Shown: positions 27,321 to 35,511 of the stretch, in pieces | How positions within the stretch are numbered: position 1 is the first letter of the stretch | How the letters are laid out: each line of letters begins with the position of its first letter | Source of the DNA: Bacteroidota bacterium | Lineage (GTDB): Bacteria > Bacteroidota > Bacteroidia > Bacteroidales > JAAUTT01 | Reading direction: 5' to 3' | Length of the DNA: 64,000 bases | NCBI GenBank assembly: GCA_020048915.1 | Contig: JAIFLU010000017.1 | Span: 484-64,483, forward strand | Translations under genes and position numbers: made by a program | The notes under the pieces: model-generated | Database searches by the model: none | What the model saw: only the letters and a program-made list of their open reading frames with translations | Told to the model about the DNA's origin: nothing

Positions 27321-27474
27321 AATCAAGTGTCAAGAACCAAGTATCAAGATAAAAATACAGTTTTGCCTTGGTTCTTAAGAAACACCTCACCCCCAACCCC
27401 TCTCCTTAAAGAGAGGAAACCCTGTATTTGAAGTCAAGGAGAAGTCCCGAAAGCTTTCGGGATTAGGATGAGGT
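27321..27474. repeat. Composite REP-like intergenic element: heptamer tandem repeats plus nested palindromes
   Basis: CAAGTGT-CAAGAAC-CAAGTAT-CAAGAT with inverted partner CTTGGTTCTT (27367-27376); outer arms ACCTCACCCCCAACCCC...GGGATTAGGATGAGGT; inner hairpin CCTCTC..GAGAGG; perfect 18-bp palindrome TCCCGAAAGCTTTCGGGA (27445-27462). Confidence 0.7.
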
Positions 27475-27589
27475 AAATAAAATTGGTTCTCAATTTTGAA
27501 TAGGTAACAGAACTTCATTTTTATTTTCTTAAATAGAACTCACGTTAATTAGTTTCACTTTTCGATTGAGATTATCGTTTACCCTAAGG

Positions 27590-29041
27590 TTATTGATTCA
27601 TCAGAACAACCCGCCGGTAGCTGAACAGAGCCGGAATTCCCGAATCTTTTACCTCAAGAATGATATGCAGTTTCTGATCTTTTTTGAGTTCCGGCATTTG
27701 AAAAGATATCTCTTCGGAAGTGCTGTTGCTGAGTTCCGTTGAACCGTTGAAAGCTCCTGCTTCACGATAGATAAACCAACGGCAATTCACCTTATGACCG
27801 TCAGAATCGCTGCTGCCTTTGGCTGAAAGCACCACTTTTTCTCCTGCTTGAACCGTAGCTTTGGCAATGCTTTTTCCGGAGTTGCCATTGAGAACAACAA
27901 CAGGGTTATGGTTGGCATTTTTAAAATCGGTGATGTTCCAGTCCATGCGGACGGCGAAATCGTGCTGGTAAGCTTCGCGCCAACGCCAGATGGTAGCCTG
28001 GTTGGAAGCTTCTTTTCTACCATCGGGCAGAATAATTTCATCCTGAGTGTTTACCGAGCTGGTCCATATTTTCCCTTTTTCGGCATAGGAGCGGTAAAGC
28101 TCGTAGCGGCCGCCCCATCCTCCATAAGCAGGACTGATATACCAACCCAGACCGTTGTTGATTAAACCCAGGAACGAAGGAGTGTCTCCCTCCATGATGT
28201 AATCGAATTTAAGGTAATGCGCTCCCAGCGGACCGTGGTTTTCCCTTATGTTGGCAGCCAGCCACGCATTGGTCACCAGCTCGTTGTGCATACCCGGGCC
28301 GTTCTTGTAGTACAGGTCGCCCGAAATGCCGGTCCATGTTGCCTTGTAATATTCGAACCACGAATCGCCAGCGGAGGGGTCGACAATGTAGAAAATATCG
28401 GGAAAGGTATTGCGGATCCACTGACCGGCAAAATCCTGGTCGGAAATGGAATACACCTTAATTTTTGAAACAAACTTTTTAACAGCAGCTTCATCTCTTG
28501 TTTTCTGAACCTTCAACAATGCCTGGGCAAGGCAGTTAGCTCCACCCCATGCGGTAACCCACAATGGACGATCGTCGGCTTTTTCAACAGCTTTGATCAG
28601 CAGTTCCGAGCCGGGCGAATCTTTTCCTGCGCCTACACCATCCATGCTGTAAAGAGGCAAATGTTCCGAGGTAATGCTTAACAAGTAATCCATGGTTGGG
28701 TATCCGCGAGCATGTTTGTCCAGACTGGGTTTCACCTTTCCATAATCGTTCACCAGAGCTACAATTTTGTCTTTCCGCACCAGCGATCTCAGGTGGGTAG
28801 AGGTTGTTGCTACCATGCCTTCAAGGTCATACTCATTCGAATAAACCAGCAAGCGAACCAGCGATTCCTGATCGTCGGGCTCGTTGGCGATATCCGTTAA
28901 AACAAAGAGTCTTTGCTTCACAGGCTGTTCGTACTGAAGGTTGGTTTGGGCATTTATCCCTGCAGAAAGCAGGATAATTGCAACAATTAACAGCCATTTG
29001 GTTGACGAAGGGTGCATTCTATTTAAGTTTAACCGTTTCAA
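27590..29041 (-). CDS. DUF1593 / nucleoside-hydrolase-like (Sde182-type) secreted protein
   Basis: LTDIANEPDDQESLVRLLVYSNEYD, WGGAN, MEGDTPSFL, GGWGGRY, RMDW, ANHNP, C-terminal Ig-like domain. Confidence 0.85.
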   Translation of the reverse strand: MKRLNLNRMHPSSTKWLLIVAIILLSAGINAQTNLQYEQPVKQRLFVLTDIANEPDDQESLVRLLVYSNEYDLEGMVATTSTHLRSLVRKDKIVALVNDYGKVKPSLDKHARGYPTMDYLLSITSEHLPLYSMDGVGAGKDSPGSELLIKAVEKADDRPLWVTAWGGANCLAQALLKVQKTRDEAAVKKFVSKIKVYSISDQDFAGQWIRNTFPDIFYIVDPSAGDSWFEYYKATWTGISGDLYYKNGPGMHNELVTNAWLAANIRENHGPLGAHYLKFDYIMEGDTPSFLGLINNGLGWYISPAYGGWGGRYELYRSYAEKGKIWTSSVNTQDEIILPDGRKEASNQATIWRWREAYQHDFAVRMDWNITDFKNANHNPVVVLNGNSGKSIAKATVQAGEKVVLSAKGSSDSDGHKVNCRWFIYREAGAFNGSTELSNSTSEEISFQMPELKKDQKLHIILEVKDSGIPALFSYRRVVLMNQ

Positions 29042-29489
29042 TAATTCCTATAAGCTTTCCGTTTCCTTCGCCGGAATATCCTTTCTCCTGGTACAAAACT
29101 TTACCGTGACTATCGATTATTACAACCTGTGGATATCCCTGAGTGAACTCTTCGGGTAAACCAAATTTCTTTTTCAATTCCTGGTTGTGCTTTAACTGTT
29201 CTTCGCTGATTTTTTTCTTCCTTGGAAAATCGACATCGAGGAAAATAAGCCTTGAGGTGCTATAGTTTACAAAGGTATCATTGCCAAAAACTTCCCGTTG
29301 CATCCTTATGCAAGGCGGACACCAGTCGGAGCCATGAAAAAACAACAGGATGGGTTTATTTTCCTTTTTTGCCAAATTGGTAGCGGAATCATACGAAGTC
29401 AGCCATTGAATCCCTTCCTGAGCGTTAACCTTTTGAATTCCCATGATCAACAACAGGCTCACTGTTAATTTTAAAAGAGTAGTCTTCAT
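29019..29489 (-). CDS. Secreted thioredoxin-fold thiol-disulfide oxidoreductase
   Basis: Signal peptide, FHGSDWCPPC, VDFPR, GYP. Confidence 0.88.
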   Translation of the reverse strand: MKTTLLKLTVSLLLIMGIQKVNAQEGIQWLTSYDSATNLAKKENKPILLFFHGSDWCPPCIRMQREVFGNDTFVNYSTSRLIFLDVDFPRKKKISEEQLKHNQELKKKFGLPEEFTQGYPQVVIIDSHGKVLYQEKGYSGEGNGKLIGIIETVKLK

Positions 29490-29533
29490 TTTATTATAAG
29501 TTTTTCAGTGTTCTGCTGAAGAATTTTTGCGTC
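29486..29533 (-). pseudogene. Orphan 3' end of an allele or paralogue of the GH28-like gene 30936..32372
   Basis: DAKILQQNTEKLIIK* versus EAKIRQQNTEKLIIK*; 38/45 nt identical. The stop overlaps the thioredoxin start (ATGA). Confidence 0.85.
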
Positions 29534-29617
29534 ACCAGCCACCATCGCTTTGGTTTAAAGTTTTATGTTTAAGACTGTTATTTTACCAGTTTCCTTCGTA
29601 TTGTTTAATAGCCTTTG

Positions 29618-30934
29618 TTATAAACTGAACAGTTTCCCTGACTCAGAAAATATCCCTTTCGTATTTTTAATCTTTGCACTAAAAATATACATCCCCGAAC
29701 TTCCGGCTTCGCCTGCTTTTTTTGGGTCCCAGGTTAGTTTCACCCGCCCTGGGACCAGGGTTCTTTGAATTAATACATGTGCATCTTTACCTCTGGTGTC
29801 CACAATTTTAATTTCTACCTCCGATTGCTCGGTTAGGGTCAAATCAAAAAATATTTCCCTATTCGAAGGATTCGGGTAAACCACTAACGAGTGAGAACCC
29901 GATGAAATATTCTCATTACCTGTTTGGAGATTTGAAGGACGAACCGATGTAGTCTTTATACTGTAAGGGTGGCTTACAGCAATTTTCTCGCCCCATGTGG
30001 AATTAGCCCATGTTCCGTATTTGCCGCTCGAATTCGATACAACTGAATGACAATCGCTCCATTTCCAAACCCAGGCAAGATAGCCTATGTCATTTTTATA
30101 AGCTTTTTCAATCAGGTATTCCCAATTGATCGCAGATGTCGGGCACTTATCGCAATTTTCGCAGGGTCCAAATTCACCCACTATGAAACATATGTTTTTT
30201 TCAACTGCTTTATTGATAATTCGTTCGATTTCAGAAATGGTGCCCGTTCCCCAGGTTTTGGGATCCCAAAGGTGCCATGAGAATATCAGGTTGTGGTCGG
30301 GATCCTGATCCAGGAGATATTGCCCGTTATCCAGCACTGCGTCGGCATTTCGGCCATATTGGTCGGCATCAATTATCAAAGGAGTATGGATATTAGCGGT
30401 TCGCATCTGTTTAACAATGTCAGCATATTTTTCTTTGAAAATTGCATCGCCCATGGCTTTGTCACCAGGTTCATTGGCAATATTTACCAAAAGATTTTTC
30501 TCGTACTTTTTCAGAATAGCCGAAATAACTGGCGAACACCAATAATCAACACAAGTCGGTAATTGGTCCCATTTTCCGGTAGCATCCCAAAGGCAAATAA
30601 TAGGAATCATTTTGTATTTGATGCAGTTGGATAACACCAGGTCTAAATCCGCTGGCTGAGGGGTTGGATAGGCCAGGTTCCAGAAAATACGGCAAGTGTT
30701 GGCTCCTGTCTTTTCCATTTCAGGAAAATTAACATTTCCATGAATGTCCCAATACACTATCATTGCATTAAAGCCTTTCAGGATAACCCTTTCCCCGGAA
30801 TTGGTATACAAATATCGGCCATCTACATACATTCCTGGCTTCTGGGCATATGTTTGACCATTAAAAAGCAAAACGGCTATGCTTACCATGATATGGAACA
30901 AGTGTTTGCGTTTTTCAAAACAATTGGGTTTCAT
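29618..30934 (-). CDS. GH5 (subfamily 8-like, beta-mannanase) with a T9SS C-terminal sorting domain
   Basis: GANTCRI, DATG, NIANEP (acid/base), IIDADQYG, VGEFG (nucleophile), GYLAW; C-terminal VYPNP...SGMYI...K. Confidence 0.85.
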   Translation of the reverse strand: MKPNCFEKRKHLFHIMVSIAVLLFNGQTYAQKPGMYVDGRYLYTNSGERVILKGFNAMIVYWDIHGNVNFPEMEKTGANTCRIFWNLAYPTPQPADLDLVLSNCIKYKMIPIICLWDATGKWDQLPTCVDYWCSPVISAILKKYEKNLLVNIANEPGDKAMGDAIFKEKYADIVKQMRTANIHTPLIIDADQYGRNADAVLDNGQYLLDQDPDHNLIFSWHLWDPKTWGTGTISEIERIINKAVEKNICFIVGEFGPCENCDKCPTSAINWEYLIEKAYKNDIGYLAWVWKWSDCHSVVSNSSGKYGTWANSTWGEKIAVSHPYSIKTTSVRPSNLQTGNENISSGSHSLVVYPNPSNREIFFDLTLTEQSEVEIKIVDTRGKDAHVLIQRTLVPGRVKLTWDPKKAGEAGSSGMYIFSAKIKNTKGIFSESGKLFSL

Positions 30935-30935
30935 A

Positions 30936-32372
30936 CTACTTGATTATTAGTTTTTCAGTATTCTGCTGACGTATTTTTGCCTCTTCGGTGGTAGTAAGCC
31001 TTTTACCCATGTAGGTTAAATTTTCTATGGTAACACCTGATACGTTTTTCTGCTTGTCGAACCCGTGGAAAACCGAAAAGGGCATTAATCCTCCCACCAC
31101 ATGAATATCTTTGAACACAATGTTGCTTACCTTTCCACGGAAGGTGCTGTGATACGCTTCTTTTCCGGCAGGGGGTTTCTGAACGCCATCCCAGGCTCCA
31201 TGCAGGTAGTTCTTTTTAATGAACTCGGGATCGCGGATTCCGTCTGGTCCCCATTGGGAATAGAATATGGCCACATCGAAAAGCTTCTGGCGGGAATCTT
31301 CCACCCGGATATTTTCGAAAACCACATTATGAACATGCGCCTGCCCGGCATTATGTATGCTTATGGTGGCGCCGTCTTCCACATGGATAATATCAATGTT
31401 TTCGAATCGGATATTTTTTACCTCGTTGGAATAGAGTTCGAAGCCTATTTCGATGGCATTTCCCCAAATGGAATTCCAGAACACACAGTTTTTAACTAAA
31501 ATGTTATCGGTTGGATGATCGGCAGGGTAGTTGCCACCCGATTTTATGGCGACGCAATCGTCCTTGGTGTGGGCAAATACTCCATCAACCACCACATTGG
31601 TGCACCGGAAGATATCCAGGCCGTCGTCGTTGGCACTTTCGCTCACAATCCGGATTCCGTTTATTTCGGCCTTGTTGCAGTGAAAAAGGGCGACCTGCCA
31701 GGTGGTGCCATTATGAAGAACGATGTCGTTGATGGCGATATTCTCACAATTTTCGAGGTGAATAAAGCGGTTTTTGTTACCTTCTGTGGTTTTGTTGAAC
31801 GATCCGTCCAGAATTCCGCGACCAAGAATTTTGATGTTTTTCTTTCCTTCAGCAAAAATGTAACCCTGAACCACGGCACCGCCCTCAATGTAAACCGTTT
31901 GATTGTCCTTCAACTCCAGCTTCACATCTTTATAGAGCTTGCCGCCTTCGAACCAGACTACATTTTTATCTGATTTCGATGGCTTCTCCTTTTCAGGATT
32001 TCCGGAGAAGATAAACAAAGGCTGCTGACGAATACGCCCGTTCAGCTCCAGGCTGATGTTTTCGGGCCTATTCATGGTAAATTTGAAAGAATTATCGTCA
32101 GTATACTCAGGCTTCAGTGCCGATTTCAGGGGACGGATGTCGACCCAGCGAACATCGTACATGGTGTTCACTTCTAAGGTTACTTGCCCGGTAAAGTCGA
32201 AAACTGCATAAGAGGCGATGGGTGTGTCGTAAACCGGAACTTTCACACCATTAACCTTTACTGAGTAGTATTTATTGGATGCAAACCCTTCGGGTCCCTG
32301 CCAGGTGGTAACCTGAGCGGTTACATTGATAGCATAAAAAAGGATTGAAATAAATAAAAGTTTTTTCATCAT
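30936..32372 (-). CDS. GH28-like right-handed beta-helix glycoside hydrolase with an N-terminal beta domain
   Basis: YIEGGAVV, GRGILDG, NDDGLD, KDDCVAIKSG, WGNAIEIGFE. Paralogue of 41517..42857. Confidence 0.75.
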   Translation of the reverse strand: MMKKLLFISILFYAINVTAQVTTWQGPEGFASNKYYSVKVNGVKVPVYDTPIASYAVFDFTGQVTLEVNTMYDVRWVDIRPLKSALKPEYTDDNSFKFTMNRPENISLELNGRIRQQPLFIFSGNPEKEKPSKSDKNVVWFEGGKLYKDVKLELKDNQTVYIEGGAVVQGYIFAEGKKNIKILGRGILDGSFNKTTEGNKNRFIHLENCENIAINDIVLHNGTTWQVALFHCNKAEINGIRIVSESANDDGLDIFRCTNVVVDGVFAHTKDDCVAIKSGGNYPADHPTDNILVKNCVFWNSIWGNAIEIGFELYSNEVKNIRFENIDIIHVEDGATISIHNAGQAHVHNVVFENIRVEDSRQKLFDVAIFYSQWGPDGIRDPEFIKKNYLHGAWDGVQKPPAGKEAYHSTFRGKVSNIVFKDIHVVGGLMPFSVFHGFDKQKNVSGVTIENLTYMGKRLTTTEEAKIRQQNTEKLIIK

Positions 32373-32464
32373 AGCTGCTTTATTTAATTATTATTTGCAA
32401 ATATTACTACCCTCAATATTAAAGGTAATGAAATACTAATTTGACAATGCGTGGTTCAAAACTG

Positions 32465-33610
32465 TTAAATATTCTTTAACCCACACACTTCGTTTATTAC
32501 TATTGCTGCTCCTCTTTCAGCCAATCTGAAAAACACCTCATCGGAAGTAAAAAAATTTCCGTTCTCATCTTTTGCTTTGAAGGAAAGGGATGCCAGAATG
32601 GCTTCCTTAATCAGGGTGTAAGGCATTCCAAGCCTCTGTGCAGCGTGTATAGGAGCGACTAAACGATCGTTGGGGCCAAGTTTTCGGAAGAGATCGCAGC
32701 CGACGCGGAAAATGGTATCGCCCAACGCGCGGTTTTGAAAACGGATAAGCAGATCGTCGATATGACTGGTTAACTGCTCTTGGGTAAATTCCCCGGGATA
32801 AAGAGCCATGAGTATTTCGGCCGATTGCAGCATGGTATTCCGGGTTTGGGTGTACACCTCTGTGTGTGCTAATACCTCGTACAGGTAAACTGCCTGCGGA
32901 TATTTCCTGAAACCAATATACGCTGCAGTGGCGTGTCCTAAATTGTGGATAAACAATTTCCGGTCGACCCAGGCTTTCATATTTTCCCTGGGTGCCAGGC
33001 CTTCCACTTGGGGAATTGGGTTTTTAAACCCTTTTTTATCGAGGATGAGCGTATTGTATGGTTCGGCATAAACCACCAATGGGTCGCTGGCCGAAACCGC
33101 TCCCGCCATAATAGGAACCATTTTACCAATGCTGGTTTCCACCAACCCCACCATTTGGGTTAAAGGAAACTCTGCGGGCAGAAGTTTTGATAATTCACCA
33201 GCAATGTATTCCCGGGCATTGCGCATGTTTTCAGCAATAATTATGTCGAGCGGCCACAAACCTTGATTTTTGAACCGTATTTGCAGCGCACCGGAAATTA
33301 ATGGCAGAACAGAAGGTAATCCCTGTTGCCCAACCGAAACGGAAGCAATGGAAGCCGTGGCCAGTTCTTTTATCACCTCCTGCTCATTTTGAAGCAAAAT
33401 ACCACGCACATTCTCTATTTCCAGAACATCATCGCCTGCTTCACTCTTAATCACTACCATATATTTCCTGGTTTTGTTGAGCTGATTAACGATAGAAGCA
33501 CTTATATCGACAAAAACCACCTCGTAACCTCCACGGCTGAAAAGCTGACCAATAAAAGAACGTCCTATTTTTCCGGCACCAAAAAGTACCATTTTTTTTA
33601 AAGAAGTCAT
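32465..33610 (-). CDS. mtlD: Mannitol-1-phosphate 5-dehydrogenase
   Basis: FGAGKIGRSFIG, AEN, RKLFIHNLGHA, RFQNRALGD, RKLGPNDRLV. Confidence 0.85.
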   Translation of the reverse strand: MTSLKKMVLFGAGKIGRSFIGQLFSRGGYEVVFVDISASIVNQLNKTRKYMVVIKSEAGDDVLEIENVRGILLQNEQEVIKELATASIASVSVGQQGLPSVLPLISGALQIRFKNQGLWPLDIIIAENMRNAREYIAGELSKLLPAEFPLTQMVGLVETSIGKMVPIMAGAVSASDPLVVYAEPYNTLILDKKGFKNPIPQVEGLAPRENMKAWVDRKLFIHNLGHATAAYIGFRKYPQAVYLYEVLAHTEVYTQTRNTMLQSAEILMALYPGEFTQEQLTSHIDDLLIRFQNRALGDTIFRVGCDLFRKLGPNDRLVAPIHAAQRLGMPYTLIKEAILASLSFKAKDENGNFFTSDEVFFRLAERGAAIVINEVCGLKNI

Positions 33611-34806
33611 AGCCCTATTTGTTTGAGGTATTGTTGGCGGTATGGTTCAATAAGCGCTTTTTTTTCGCCGGCAGTTTTTTCAAACCATGTACCCCCCAGA
33701 TAAAAGCATGTAAATCCACCCGAGGCAACGCCCCAGGATATGGCATCGACCATATCAAATTCTCCCTCTGTACGCGAATTAAACTCACTTGCAACCGATG
33801 CTATAATTCCGCCTGTAAAATTATCGCCACACCCAGTTGTATCGCCTTTTCCGGAAGGGTTGATCCGCAATTGCTGCATCACCTCGCACGAAACCGGAAA
33901 GCTGCGAATATTCATAGGCTTGAAAAACGAACCGTTCGAATATGCTACCAGGTTTTGACTTCCGTTGGTAATGATGAATGAAGAAACACCACTCAATTCG
34001 AAATAAGCAGCCGCATCGTTTATGGTTGAAGTGCCACTGATTTTAAGTGCTTCTTCGCAATCCATCGTGAGTATATCAATTAACCGATAGCTTTGGACAT
34101 TGTTTACCAAAGGCCACTTTTGGTTAGGGCGTTCCTTCTCATTCCTGAAATCGAACACTGTATTAACCATCGTAAAGGCGTTGGCAGCTTTGGCTTTTTT
34201 GAGCAACATGGCTAAGTTATCGTGGATTTGCGGCACCAATGCTGTTCCACCAAAACAAACCAGATCGGCTTGAAAAAAAGAGGGTGGCAACATATCGGGA
34301 TGATAGTTCCACGATGCTCCAATATTATTTATAAAAGTGCGTTCGCCATATCCACCATCAAAATCAGGATCGGACAGCACATGGGTGAAGGCAGTATTGC
34401 GGCCGGGCAAGGCAACATAATTATCGAAATTAAGCGGGGTTTTTGCAACCTTTTCACGGATTACCGCCGAAGTATTGTCGTTTCCGGTACAACCGTAAAA
34501 GTTTACCTGGTATTGCTGCTGCGGCAGCATTTGGGCAGCATGAATAAGTGATACAAGTGAAGGCCCGCCCAAATTAACGCTGTCGAAATTTTTATTACCA
34601 ACCAGTTCGCTGAGCAAATCGAAATAAGGCTTTTGTGCAAATGTTTCCAATTCGCTGGTAAATACGAGTTTTCCGGGACTTAAGCCACCGTCGCCTGTTT
34701 TTAAGGAGAGGTATTTCCGAAAACCCGGTGCATTAAAATCGACTCTGGAATAGAGAAAATCGGCTAACGCACAACCTGTTCCTGCAATGTTTATTTTACG
34801 GCTCAT
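33607..34806 (-). CDS. PfkB-family carbohydrate kinase
   Basis: GGP N-terminal motif, GND, ERTF, ITNG, DTTGCGDNF signature. Confidence 0.88.
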   Translation of the reverse strand: MSRKINIAGTGCALADFLYSRVDFNAPGFRKYLSLKTGDGGLSPGKLVFTSELETFAQKPYFDLLSELVGNKNFDSVNLGGPSLVSLIHAAQMLPQQQYQVNFYGCTGNDNTSAVIREKVAKTPLNFDNYVALPGRNTAFTHVLSDPDFDGGYGERTFINNIGASWNYHPDMLPPSFFQADLVCFGGTALVPQIHDNLAMLLKKAKAANAFTMVNTVFDFRNEKERPNQKWPLVNNVQSYRLIDILTMDCEEALKISGTSTINDAAAYFELSGVSSFIITNGSQNLVAYSNGSFFKPMNIRSFPVSCEVMQQLRINPSGKGDTTGCGDNFTGGIIASVASEFNSRTEGEFDMVDAISWGVASGGFTCFYLGGTWFEKTAGEKKALIEPYRQQYLKQIGL

Positions 34807-34812
34807 GCTGAG

Positions 34813-35487
34813 TTATAAATATTTTATGTAATCGGAAACCAGCAAATGAACAGGAGGTTCGTCTTCGGTAATTTCAGGGAAGCGTCCTATAGGTTCGTAG
34901 AAACAGTTATCGGAGGTATCGTCGTTAACGGCACTTACTTCTCCAACAAACACTTTCCCTTTCCCGGCCTCGCCAAAAAACCTGTGAAAAACTCCCTGTT
35001 CCAGGCAAATACTTTCGCCTGGGGTAAGAACCACCTTACCGCCAGGTTGAACGGAACGGAGTATGCCATCAGTTCGCAATGTAACAGGTTTGTCAGAAAA
35101 GCGGTCGTTGCCTGCTGAATTGTAGAGCTCTATTACAAGGTTGCCGCCACCCCGGTTGATAATGTCTTCCATTTTGTTCCAATGAAAGTGCATGGGAGTT
35201 TCCTGCATCTCCTCAACAATCATAGCCTTTTCGGCATATGGCTTTTTGTTGTGGCCAAACTTACCATTGCGAATGGTAAACAGGATGAGCCCACGTTCGT
35301 GAAACCGTCCACTTCCAAAATCGGTAAGGTCCCAACCCAGCATGTTATCAGCTATTTCACCGCAGATTCCACCCTTACCTTTCCAGTCTTCGGGTTTCCA
35401 AAAAGCCCAGGGTGGAAGTTTAAAATTCATAGAATCGAAAAAGGCAATTGATTCGGCAATTAATTGATTTATTTGACTTCTTTTCAT
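34813..35487 (-). CDS. D-lyxose/D-mannose family sugar isomerase (cupin)
   Basis: MKRSQIN, GWDLTDFG, KPYAEK, PMHFHWNKMEDIINRGGG, GEVSAVNDD. Confidence 0.92.
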   Translation of the reverse strand: MKRSQINQLIAESIAFFDSMNFKLPPWAFWKPEDWKGKGGICGEIADNMLGWDLTDFGSGRFHERGLILFTIRNGKFGHNKKPYAEKAMIVEEMQETPMHFHWNKMEDIINRGGGNLVIELYNSAGNDRFSDKPVTLRTDGILRSVQPGGKVVLTPGESICLEQGVFHRFFGEAGKGKVFVGEVSAVNDDTSDNCFYEPIGRFPEITEDEPPVHLLVSDYIKYL

Positions 35488-35511
35488 AATTTGTTAATTA
35501 TAACAACCTTA

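Noticed and set aside
32373-32464. Internal Bacteroidota sigma-70 promoter upstream of 32372
   Set aside because: Only imperfect matches to TAnnTTTG (TACCTTTA, AATATTTG), which cannot be supported from sequence alone.
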